DNA of 64,000 bases from Escherichia coli (GCF_029227855.1 NZ_CP074356.1); one strand, 5' to 3'. Positions 33,101 through 41,123 are shown, counted from the first letter of the stretch. Program-made: numbers and translations. Notes: generated from the letters alone by a model not told the origin.

Positions 33101-34974
33101 CGCCGGAAGGCAAAACGCAGTATGCGTATGACAAATCCGGCAGGCTGACGGGTATCTTCAGCCCGGACGGCACATCACAGCGCACCGGCTATGACGAACG
33201 CGGGCGGGTGAATGTCACCACTCAGGGCCGACGGGCCATTGAATACCACTACCCCGATGAACACACCGTCATCCGCTGTATCCTGCCACCGGAAGATGAA
33301 CGCGACAGACACCCCGGTGAATCCCTGCTGAAAACCACGTACCGCTACAACGCAGCCGGAGAACTGGCAGAGGTCATCCTGCCGGAGGATGAGACGCTGA
33401 CGTTCAGCCGTGATGAGGCAGGACGTGAAGTGCTCCGGCACAGTAACCGGGGTTTTGCCTGTGAGCAGGGCTGGAATGCAGCCGGTCAGCTTACCAGCCA
33501 GCGCGCCGGACTTTTCCCGGCAGAAGCCACATGGGGCGGGCTGCTCCCCTCACTGGTACGGGAGTACCGTTACGACAGCGCGGGCAATGTGTCGGCTGTC
33601 ACCAGCCGGGAAGATTACGGACGGGAAACTCGCCGGGAGTACCGGCTGGACCGGAACGGCCAGGTCACGGCGGTGACAGCCTCAGGCACCGGGCTGGGCT
33701 ATGGCGAAGGCGATGAGTCCTATGGCTATGACAGTTGTGGCTACCTGAAGGCGCAGTCTGCGGGCAGGCACCGGATAAGTGAAGAGACTGAGCGGTATGC
33801 CGGAGGCCACCGGCTGAAACAGGCCGGAAACACGCAGTATGACTATGACGCCGCAGGCCGGATGGTCAGCCGCACCAGACACCGTAACGGCTATCGCCCG
33901 GAAACAGAGCGGTTCCGGTGGGACAGCCGGGACCAGCTGACCGGGTATTGCAGCGCACAGGGTGAACAGTGGGAATACCGCCACGACGCCAGCGGCAGAC
34001 GGACGGAAAAACGCTGCGACCGGAAGAAAATCCGCTTCACGTACCTGTGGGACGGCGACAGTATTGCGGAAATCCGGGAATACCGCGATGATAAACTGTA
34101 CAGCGTAAGGCACCTGGTGTTTAACGGCTTTGAGCTGATAAGCCAGCAGTTTAGCCGGGTACGGCAGCCGCACCCGTCCGTGGCCCCGCAGTGGGTGACG
34201 CGGACGAATCATGCGGTGAGCGATCTGACGGGCCGTCCGCTGATGCTCTTTAACAGTGAAGGTAAAACCGTCTGGCGACCGGGACAGACCAGCCTGTGGG
34301 GGCTGGCACTCAGCCTGCCCGCGGACACCGGCTACCCGGACCCGCGCGGGGAACTGGACGCGGAAGCCGACCCCGGCCTGCTGTATGCAGGACAGTGGCA
34401 GGATGCGGAATCCGGGCTGTGCTATAACCGGTTCCGGTATTACGAGCCGGAAACAGGGATGTACCTGGTGAGTGATCCGCTGGGGTTGCTGGGGGGTGAG
34501 CAGACTTACCGGTATGTGCCGAATCCGTGTGGGTATGTTGATCCTTTGGGATTAGCAACATGTCCCATAATCAGACAACGGGTGCTGGCTAACCTTGAAG
34601 CCAGTCGGGCAGCAAGGGCTGCATCTAATTTTGGTAAGAAAAATATCTATGATTTTATCAAGGCAACTCAATCTGCTATCCCTGGCACCTCTATCCCAAA
34701 ATCTTTTGAGATTATAACTGCTAATGGTACTTTCTGGGTACACCCAAATGCTACAAAACATATGGCTGAATATTTGACTCGGAACGGTCTCTCACATTCA
34801 ACTTCTGTAGAGAGCCAAATAATGTTAACAAGTTTTCACGAAGCTGTAAGTTTGGCTAGTGCTCAAGGTATAAAGTATGAAGAAATGATGAATGTTGGCG
34901 GCTGGGAACTAGTATTTAGTCAAGCTAAATCTGACTCGGCTTTATCAGTTATTAAACATGCTCTTTATAAATGA
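30145..34974 (+). CDS. prePAAR/PAAR-domain Rhs polymorphic toxin (T6SS effector) with variable C-terminal toxin domain
   Basis: 1609 aa; prePAAR motif AARLGDEIQH near the N-terminus with hydrophobic helices; PAAR-like segment (GDKLECSAAIVEGSPDVFIGGE); many YD/RHS repeats; PxxxxDPxGL core-end motif (NPCGYVDPLGL) followed by about 150 aa of divergent C-terminus. Confidence 0.9.
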   Translation: MSEGPGGPQGATAGGTLAMRMLSQQAMVASQMKRAANDKAIAQMLASKKSGPPAARLGDEIQHKSFLGALAGAVLGAIVTIAEGCLIMAACATGPYALVLVPALMYASYKASDYVEEKQNQLESWINSFCDTDGAINTGSENVNINGKPAARAAVTLPPPPPPGAIPEIPQGEPSWGDIATDLLESAAEKAVPLAKAWGNAVITLTDSNAGFMDRVSAGASLLFPAGPVLMEFATMVGGRGEIKKDVDFPEAGEDTALCDKENKPPRIAQGSSNVFINNQPAARKGDKLECSAAIVEGSPDVFIGGEQVTYLDIQPEFPPWQRMILGGITIASYLLPPAGLLGKLKNLARLGKLGNLLGKSGKLLGAKLGALLGKTDKSLKSIANKVIRWVTDPVDPVTGAYCDERTDFTLGQTLPLSFTRFHSSVLPLHGLTGVGWSDSWSEYAWVREQGNRVDIISQGATLNFAFDGDSDTAVNPYHAQYILRRRDDYLELFDRDALSSRFFYDAFPGMRLRHPVTDDTSDDRLAHSPNDRMYMLGGMSDTASNRITFERDSQYRITGVSHTDGIRLKLTYHASGYLKAIHRTDNGIQTLATYEQDARGRLTEADARLDYHLFYEYDAADRIIRWSDNDQTWSRFTYDEQGRCVNVTGAEGYYNATLDYGDGCTTVTDGKGIHRYYYDPDGNILREAAPDGSTTTYEWDEFHHLLARHSPAGRVEKFEYNAAHGQLSRYTAADGAEWQYRYDERGLLSNITDPAGQTWTQQCDERGLPVSLVSPQGEETRLAYTAQGLLSGIFRQDERRLGIEYDHHNRPETLTDVMGREHHTEYSGHDLPVKMRGPGGQSVRLQWQQHHKLSGLERTGTGAEGFSYDRHGNLLAWTDGNGVVWTMEYGPFDLPVARTDGEGHRWQYRYDKDTLQLTEVINPQGESYLYVLDNCGRVTEEHDWGGVVWRYRYDADGLCTARVNGLEETILYSRDDAGRLAEVITPEGKTQYAYDKSGRLTGIFSPDGTSQRTGYDERGRVNVTTQGRRAIEYHYPDEHTVIRCILPPEDERDRHPGESLLKTTYRYNAAGELAEVILPEDETLTFSRDEAGREVLRHSNRGFACEQGWNAAGQLTSQRAGLFPAEATWGGLLPSLVREYRYDSAGNVSAVTSREDYGRETRREYRLDRNGQVTAVTASGTGLGYGEGDESYGYDSCGYLKAQSAGRHRISEETERYAGGHRLKQAGNTQYDYDAAGRMVSRTRHRNGYRPETERFRWDSRDQLTGYCSAQGEQWEYRHDASGRRTEKRCDRKKIRFTYLWDGDSIAEIREYRDDKLYSVRHLVFNGFELISQQFSRVRQPHPSVAPQWVTRTNHAVSDLTGRPLMLFNSEGKTVWRPGQTSLWGLALSLPADTGYPDPRGELDAEADPGLLYAGQWQDAESGLCYNRFRYYEPETGMYLVSDPLGLLGGEQTYRYVPNPCGYVDPLGLATCPIIRQRVLANLEASRAARAASNFGKKNIYDFIKATQSAIPGTSIPKSFEIITANGTFWVHPNATKHMAEYLTRNGLSHSTSVESQIMLTSFHEAVSLASAQGIKYEEMMNVGGWELVFSQAKSDSALSVIKHALYK

Positions 34975-35504
34975 CGATTATGCTTACATTAGAAAATGAA
35001 ACAAACTACAAAGATGTTGTTGTTAATATAGATGAATTTGTACCTTTTGATATAACTTTTGGAAAGGGGAGCGAACAGTGTTTGTACTGGAGAGGCGGCA
35101 ATGGTAAAAGTTCTTTGGTTGAAGTTGGGTTAAATATGTACAGCGGAGAAGTAAGTAACATCACACTAGCAAATATCGATTCAGGTGAAATTAACATTAC
35201 AGATGAGATGTTAGCCAACAACCTTCCTGAAATACAAGGGTCTGTTATATTTCAGACAAGCGAGTGGCTTAATAAAGACATTTCCGAATACTCAAACAGA
35301 TTTATTGATGATTTTGATTGCAATATCAAGTTAATAATTGGTAGTAATTACATTAAATTATTATTTAAAAAAGCAACAAATCCCATTTGTTATATCATTA
35401 ATAGGAATATAAGATTTGGTTTTTCTTTGAGTAGGGAACTTTCGACATTGGAAATATTAGACCTCAATCAAGAAAAATTAGATATTCTAAAGTTATTTAA
35501 ATAG
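34971..35504 (+). CDS. Putative cognate immunity protein for the Rhs C-terminal toxin
   Basis: 177-aa ORF whose ATG overlaps the rhs stop (ATGA); markedly AT-rich; position typical of rhsI genes. Confidence 0.7.
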   Translation: MTIMLTLENETNYKDVVVNIDEFVPFDITFGKGSEQCLYWRGGNGKSSLVEVGLNMYSGEVSNITLANIDSGEINITDEMLANNLPEIQGSVIFQTSEWLNKDISEYSNRFIDDFDCNIKLIIGSNYIKLLFKKATNPICYIINRNIRFGFSLSRELSTLEILDLNQEKLDILKLFK

Positions 35505-35983
35505 TTTTAGTGTTTGAAACTTACCGAGAGATGATAGCTATGAATGAATACAAAAACATCCATCTTGGAGGAAACAATGGAATGTTAATCCATTAAAAAA
35601 CATACTTCAATATCTTTAGTGAAGAAAGAGTTGTATGAAAGAAATATATCTTATGTGAGCGACATGATGCATGCTAATTATATTATTGGCCGGAAATTTT
35701 ATGATGATAGCAAAAAGGAGGGGTTATTTCTGTAAGAATGGATATACCCGCAGGGTTTGAACCAGACATTTATTTGTTGAAGTCTAAGATCCAAATGGAA
35801 GCATTTATATCCCTCAGATATTATGCGTTGACGGGTTGATAAAGATACTTTTAGAGGGTTAATAAATGGAGAACGTATAATAAATCTCTTAAACAAACTA
35901 TAACCTGTACTAATGAAAAAAATGGGAATAGATAAGTTAATAGCCTATTCTAAAAATGGTAAAGTGGTTTTACTTCCAAAATA

Positions 35984-36427
35984 ATGGAGTTTAGTATGAA
36001 AATCGAAGCTAATTCCCTTACTCATCCCTATGACTACAACGCCTCACTGAACAATTATTTACATTATTTTGAGAATTTCTCTCGTAATGACTGGAATAAA
36101 GATTCATGTGGAGGATATTTTACTTTTAGAGATGATGACAGAGAGTGTGTTTTGTTTTTTGTGAATTATGGTGATAATTTTTCATTGCGCTATGATTGTA
36201 CACAAAGTTCTGATGGAATAGTGTCATGCTGGTATAGTAACCATGAAGATGATAAAATGAATATCATCGTCGATGCTGATACAGAACAATTTATCCCTTT
36301 AGGTTCTTGCTTACCTCCTGATATTACTTTATCAGTAATAAAAGATTTTTTCAAAAATCCTTTAGAGAAATCAAAAAAAGTAAAATGGATGAATGCAGAT
36401 GACATTGACTGGTCATCTGTGTATTAA
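35984..36427 (+). CDS. Hypothetical protein, possible orphan immunity gene
   Basis: 147-aa ORF in AT-rich DNA downstream of the toxin/immunity pair; no recognisable motif. Confidence 0.4.
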   Translation: MEFSMKIEANSLTHPYDYNASLNNYLHYFENFSRNDWNKDSCGGYFTFRDDDRECVLFFVNYGDNFSLRYDCTQSSDGIVSCWYSNHEDDKMNIIVDADTEQFIPLGSCLPPDITLSVIKDFFKNPLEKSKKVKWMNADDIDWSSVY

Positions 36428-37318
36428 AGTTGGATTGGATAATTATCTGTTTCAAAAATCATTAAATTTAGAACCTATCTGTTCAACAGAGCTGCCTTGA
36501 ACAGCAGGTTCTTTTATGATGTCCAGGAGCGAATATGCCTGTGATGTCTGGCACTCAGCATCTGACTGACCTGGACTACTGATCCTACTCACACAGGGAG
36601 CTAGACCTGGAAGCAACCTACTGTAAGCAGTGCAGTAGCAGCCCACCTCACATCAGTCCTTGCAAGGTGTGGGCCTTTGTGATCTTGCTCTGTATTGCTG
36701 AGATCCTCAGGAAGGACTCGAAATTTAATCAGGAAGGCCGTTGCTAAAAATCAAAAAATAAATTCAAGAGCAATTTCTAAAACTTTTGAATCTACTGTAT
36801 CGGATGAGGTTTTCACTCCTTTCCAAAAGGTGAGTTTTCAAGCATTCAAGTTTCTGTTATGACCAAAACTTCACCATTTAACACTAATCCGAGTATTATG
36901 TTACCATGAAGAAAAAAGATATTAGATTTGCAATATCCATTAACTCCAACTCAAGTAAGATAGAATTAATGGAAAAATTAAAAACATAATCCCAGGGCTT
37001 ATTGAAATAACTCCCAGTGCATTAAGAGAAGAAAAAACATGGTAGTTATTGAAGATAATGATCTTTATGACTCTATAAAAGCAGAGGGAGTTGATGGATG
37101 GATGTATTATAAATTCATATTATCCATATTCCCATTAAAGGGAGTAGACACAACATTAGAATATCAACGGAAATTATCTTTTCTTTTCTTAAAGAAATTA
37201 AAAGATGCGGGTCTGTTAGGTGAACTTATATGCGAGGATGATTTTCATGACTGATGACCTCTACATATATCCTCAGTTCGTGGCTGGTATTACATGATCT
37301 GACAGGGAAAGATCGTAG

Positions 37319-37613
37319 CGAAATCAAAAAAGACGTGGATTTCCCGGAAGCCGGTGAAGACACGGCGCTCTGCGACAAGGAGACTAAACCGCCGAGGATA
37401 GCCCAGGGCAGCAGCAACGTTTTTATCAACAATCAGCCTGCCGCACGCCAGGGAGACAAACTGGAGTGCAGTGCGGCGATCGTGGAAGGTTCGCCGGACG
37501 TCTTTATTGGGGGTGAGCAGGTCACCTATCTGGATATCCAGCCGGAGTTCCCGCCGTGGCAGAGAATGATCCTGGGGGGAATAACGATAGCCAGCTATCT
37601 TCTGCCGCCAGCG
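37319..37613 (+). pseudogene. Duplicated fragment of the Rhs PAAR-domain region
   Basis: 295 bp nearly identical to 30867-31161 of the full-length rhs gene; encodes EIKKDVDFPEAGEDTALCDK...ITIASYLLPPA inside ORF 37254..37631; lacks the N-terminus and core. Confidence 0.85.
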
Positions 37614-37750
37614 CAGGGAAAGATCACGTAACGCTGCTTTTTTGTACTAAATAATTCGCACTAAATGTTCAATAATTGAGATATTCCTTATTACCTAAAT
37701 ACAGTTCCACCAAGATTACCTAAACCCAAATGAGGTAAAAGATAGTGGGT

Positions 37751-38112
37751 ATGAATAAAAATGAAATCCATTTCCCTATAGGATATGGTTGGTTGAATGA
37801 AAAAAAATTATTGGCACCAGTGAATTTAGCCAATTAGAACCATGGTTTTATCTAGATGAGAACAGGTGTTTTTTTGCGAATAAAAAATGGCCAAATGTCA
37901 TAGGTGAACAATTATTCGCTTTTGCTAAACGTCAAGATAATGATGAATTGGCTTGTTTCAAAATTAATGAATCTGGAGTCTGTGAGGGTGTTTATTTAAT
38001 TAATGGGTGGACTCCTAACGGGTTTGATATTATACAATTTTACCCTGATTTTTGGGAATGGGTACATTTGGTTATACAAGATGTCTCGGAGTGGATTGAT
38101 AATAAAGGATAA
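37751..38112 (+). pseudogene. Frameshifted small gene (immunity-protein-like) with an A8 tract at the frame switch
   Basis: ATG at 37751 reads 27 codons to a stop; a shifted frame from about 37813 continues for 99 codons to TAA at 38110-38112; the shift coincides with gaaaaaaaatt at 37798-37808. Confidence 0.45.
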
Positions 38113-38141
38113 TTTGAAACAAAAGTAAAAAACCGCCTTCA

Positions 38142-38840
38142 TTGAAGGTAACGTGGAGTGGTGGGCGGAGCAGCCTGCCCGCAGACACAGACTACCCGGA
38201 CCCGCGCGGGGAGCGGGACGCGGAAGCCGACCCCGGCCTGCTGTATGCAGGACAGTGGCAGGATGCGGAATCCGGACTGTGCTATAACCGGTTCCGGTAT
38301 TACGAGCCGGAAACCGGGATGTACCTGGTGAGTGATCCCCTGGGGTTGCTGGGGGGTGAGCAGACTTACCGGTATGTGCCTAATCCTAGTGGGTATGTTG
38401 ATCCTCTGGGATTAGCAACGTGTCCTATACTCAGACAGTGGGCGCTGACTAACCTTGAAGCCAGTCGGGCAGCAAGGGCTGCATCTAATTTTGGTAAGCC
38501 TCTGGTCCAGCGAAATAAAACGATTGGCGATAAAGTAAGGGATATGATTGCCAAAGAGAGGGGAACCACTCTAATTGAACAAAATTATAGAGTGACAGGA
38601 GGATTAAAGCGTATTGACGTTGTTGATGGAGTAACGGGTATAGAATCTAAAGTCGATCGAACAGGGTTAACAACCCGAGTACGGCAAGAGGTAGCGCGGG
38701 ATATTAAGATTTTGAGAAGTGAGCAACTTGATCAAATTGAATGGGTGTTTACAAGAAGTTCAACTACAGGGAAGATTGGGCCAACTAAACCACTTGAAGA
38801 TCTTTTAAATAAACATGGTATACCGATTATTTATCGATAA
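38142..38840 (+). CDS. Orphan Rhs C-terminal fragment: core end (DPxGL) plus alternative C-terminal toxin domain, candidate PD-(D/E)xK nuclease
   Basis: 38171-38498 nearly identical to 34311-34638 of the full rhs; the C-terminal domain diverges after ...AASNFGK; contains RIDVVDG...GIESK; the ORF begins at TTG and has no PAAR or core of its own. Confidence 0.7.
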   Translation: MKVTWSGGRSSLPADTDYPDPRGERDAEADPGLLYAGQWQDAESGLCYNRFRYYEPETGMYLVSDPLGLLGGEQTYRYVPNPSGYVDPLGLATCPILRQWALTNLEASRAARAASNFGKPLVQRNKTIGDKVRDMIAKERGTTLIEQNYRVTGGLKRIDVVDGVTGIESKVDRTGLTTRVRQEVARDIKILRSEQLDQIEWVFTRSSTTGKIGPTKPLEDLLNKHGIPIIYR

Positions 38841-38851
38841 GGAGTGATAGT

Positions 38852-39409
38852 GTGAAACTCAAACCGATTGGTGACTTTTTAAACAAAAATGGGTTTATAA
38901 AAAATGGTAACAATGATTTTTATAAAGTTCATGATAAGTTTGTAAATTGTATAAATTTTCAAAAAAAGAGTACAGGTGATATTTTTTTTATAAACACAGG
39001 TGTTCATCCTGTGTTCGAAAATTTTTGCAATGAACCACCGAAAAAAGAAATAGATTGTTACATCCGTAACCGTGTGTGTGATGGACTAAGTATATCTTTG
39101 CTGCATTCTTTTGAAGGTAGTGAGTTTGTTATCAGTGAGATAAAAAACAAAGCGTTTTGTTTTTTTGAATACTTTGATTCATTGAATAAAATATTCGATG
39201 CTATTCGTGTTGTAGATATTGAAGAGAGAAATATTTGCGATGAGCTAAGTGGTGTAAGCAGCGTAAGATTAGCTTTGATGTGTATGAACTACCAGTATGA
39301 GAAAAAAAAATTTAGCCTTGTTTCTGATTTTGCGAACTATGGTCTTGCTATATCTAGAGGCCCGGTACCGAAAAAAGCATTTAAGGATATGATAAAAATA
39401 ACAGAGTGA
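38852..39409 (+). CDS. Putative immunity protein for the orphan Rhs C-terminal toxin
   Basis: 185-aa AT-rich ORF with GTG start 11 bp after the orphan toxin stop and GGAG upstream. Confidence 0.6.
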   Translation: MKLKPIGDFLNKNGFIKNGNNDFYKVHDKFVNCINFQKKSTGDIFFINTGVHPVFENFCNEPPKKEIDCYIRNRVCDGLSISLLHSFEGSEFVISEIKNKAFCFFEYFDSLNKIFDAIRVVDIEERNICDELSGVSSVRLALMCMNYQYEKKKFSLVSDFANYGLAISRGPVPKKAFKDMIKITE

Positions 39410-39434
39410 TACCTAATCCGGTGTAATACTTGCT

Positions 39435-39646
39435 GCCTGTGTACCGCGAAGATTAACGGCCGGGAGGAAACTATTCTCTACAACCGGGACGCCACAGGCC
39501 GCCTGGCAGAAGTCATCACGCCGGAAGGCAAAACGCAGTATGCGTATGACAAATCCGGCAGGCTGACGGGTATCTTCAGCCCGGACGACACATCACAGCG
39601 CACCGGCTATGAAGAACGCGGGCGGGTGAATGTCACCACTCAGGGC
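39435..39646 (+). pseudogene. Internal Rhs core fragment
   Basis: About 210 bp at roughly 90% identity to 33018-33228 of the full-length rhs; truncated at both ends, abutting the ISAs1 left end. Confidence 0.8.
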
Positions 39647-40936
39647 AGGGAAAGATCATCCAAAGTACACTTTTTGTACTAAATAATTCGCATTTTATGT
39701 TTAAAAATGGAGATATTCCTCATTACCTAAAGCTGTTTTTTATTGCTTATACATGATCAAATACTCCTTACATAATTAAGGAGAACAAAATGGAACTTAA
39801 AAAATTGATGGAACATATTTCTATTATCCCCGATTACAGACAAGCCTGGAAAGTGGAACATAAATTATCGGATATTCTGCTGTTGACTATTTGTGCCGTT
39901 ATTTCGGGTGCAGAAGGCTGGGAAGATATAGAGGATTTTGGGGAAACACATCTCGATTTTTTGAAGCAATATGGTGATTTTGATAATGGTATTCCTGTTC
40001 ACGATACCATCGCCAGAGTTATATCCTGTATCAGTCCTTCAAAATTTCACGAGTGTTTTATTAACTGGATGCGAGATTGCCATACTTCAGATGATAAAGA
40101 CGTCATCGCAATTGATGGAAAAACACTCCGGCATTCTTATGACAAGAGTCGCCGCAAGGGAGCGATTCATGTCATTAGTGCGTTCTCAACAATGCACAGT
40201 CTGGTCATCGGACAGATCAGGACGGATGAGAAATCCAATGAAATTACAGCTATCCCTGAACTTCTTAACATGCTGGATATTAAAGGAAAAATCATCACAA
40301 CTGATGCGATGGGTTGCCAGAAAGATATTGCAGAGAAGATACAAAAACAGGGCGGTGATTATTTATTCGCTGTAAAAGGAAACCAGGGGCGGCTAAATAA
40401 AGCCTTCGAGGAAAAATTTCCGCTGAAAGAATTAAATAATCCAGAGCATGACAGTTACGCCATTAGTGAAAAGAGTCACGGCAGAGAAGAAATCCGTCTT
40501 CATATTGTTTGCGATGTCCCTGATGAACTTATTGATTTCACGTTTGAATGGAAAGGACTGAAGAAATTATGCGTGGCAGTCTCTTTTCGGTCAATAATAG
40601 CAGAACAAAAGAAAGAGCCAGAAATGACGGTCAGATATTATATCAGTTCTGCTGATTTAACCGCAGAGAAGTTCGCCACAGCAATCCGAAACCACTGGCG
40701 CGTGGAGAATAAGCTGCACTGGCGTCTGGACGTGGTAATGAATGAAGACGACTGCAAAATAAGAAGAGGAAACGCCGCAGAATTATTTTCAGGGATACGG
40801 CACATCGCTATTAATATTTTAACGAATGATAAGGTATTCAAGGCAGGGTTAAGACGTAAGATGCGAAAAGCAGCCATGGACAGAAACTATCTCGCGTCAG
40901 TCCTTGCGGGGAGCGGGCTTTCGTAATCTTGCCCTG
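39646..40936 (+). mobile_element. ISAs1-family insertion sequence (H-repeat element), about 1.29 kb
   Basis: Imperfect terminal inverted repeats CAGGGAAAGATCA (39646-39658) and TAATCTTGCCCTG (40924-40936); single transposase ORF; inserted in rhs-derived sequence. Confidence 0.75.
39790..40926 (+). CDS. ISAs1-family transposase (H-repeat-associated protein, YhhI/YdcC-like)
   Basis: 378-aa [55 protein letters not shown]...; the stop codon lies inside the right inverted repeat. Confidence 0.88.
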   Translation: MELKKLMEHISIIPDYRQAWKVEHKLSDILLLTICAVISGAEGWEDIEDFGETHLDFLKQYGDFDNGIPVHDTIARVISCISPSKFHECFINWMRDCHTSDDKDVIAIDGKTLRHSYDKSRRKGAIHVISAFSTMHSLVIGQIRTDEKSNEITAIPELLNMLDIKGKIITTDAMGCQKDIAEKIQKQGGDYLFAVKGNQGRLNKAFEEKFPLKELNNPEHDSYAISEKSHGREEIRLHIVCDVPDELIDFTFEWKGLKKLCVAVSFRSIIAEQKKEPEMTVRYYISSADLTAEKFATAIRNHWRVENKLHWRLDVVMNEDDCKIRRGNAAELFSGIRHIAINILTNDKVFKAGLRRKMRKAAMDRNYLASVLAGSGLS

Positions 40937-41123
40937 CGTTAACCGCCCCTCCTTGACACCACGCTTTTGTCTACATTCTACACAAACGGCAACTTTTATA
41001 ACCAGTGTAAAAATAACGTGCCGCAATAGTCATACCTATTAATGGTAAAAAGCTGTCACAATTCATAAAAAACCTTAATATACGCCACCCTAAACATAAC
41101 CAGCGTTAATGTAAGGTTTTTGT

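Noticed and set aside
31282-34212. Minus-strand ORFs (345, 176 aa and smaller) inside the rhs core
   Set aside because: Shadow ORFs in GC-rich YD-repeat coding sequence; the plus-strand 1609-aa frame has clear Rhs motifs.
38113-38165. Hairpin ccttcattgaagg preceded by an A-run as a terminator
   Set aside because: The A-run precedes rather than follows the stem on the plus strand, so it would terminate only minus-strand transcripts, and no minus-strand gene ends here; treated as incidental.
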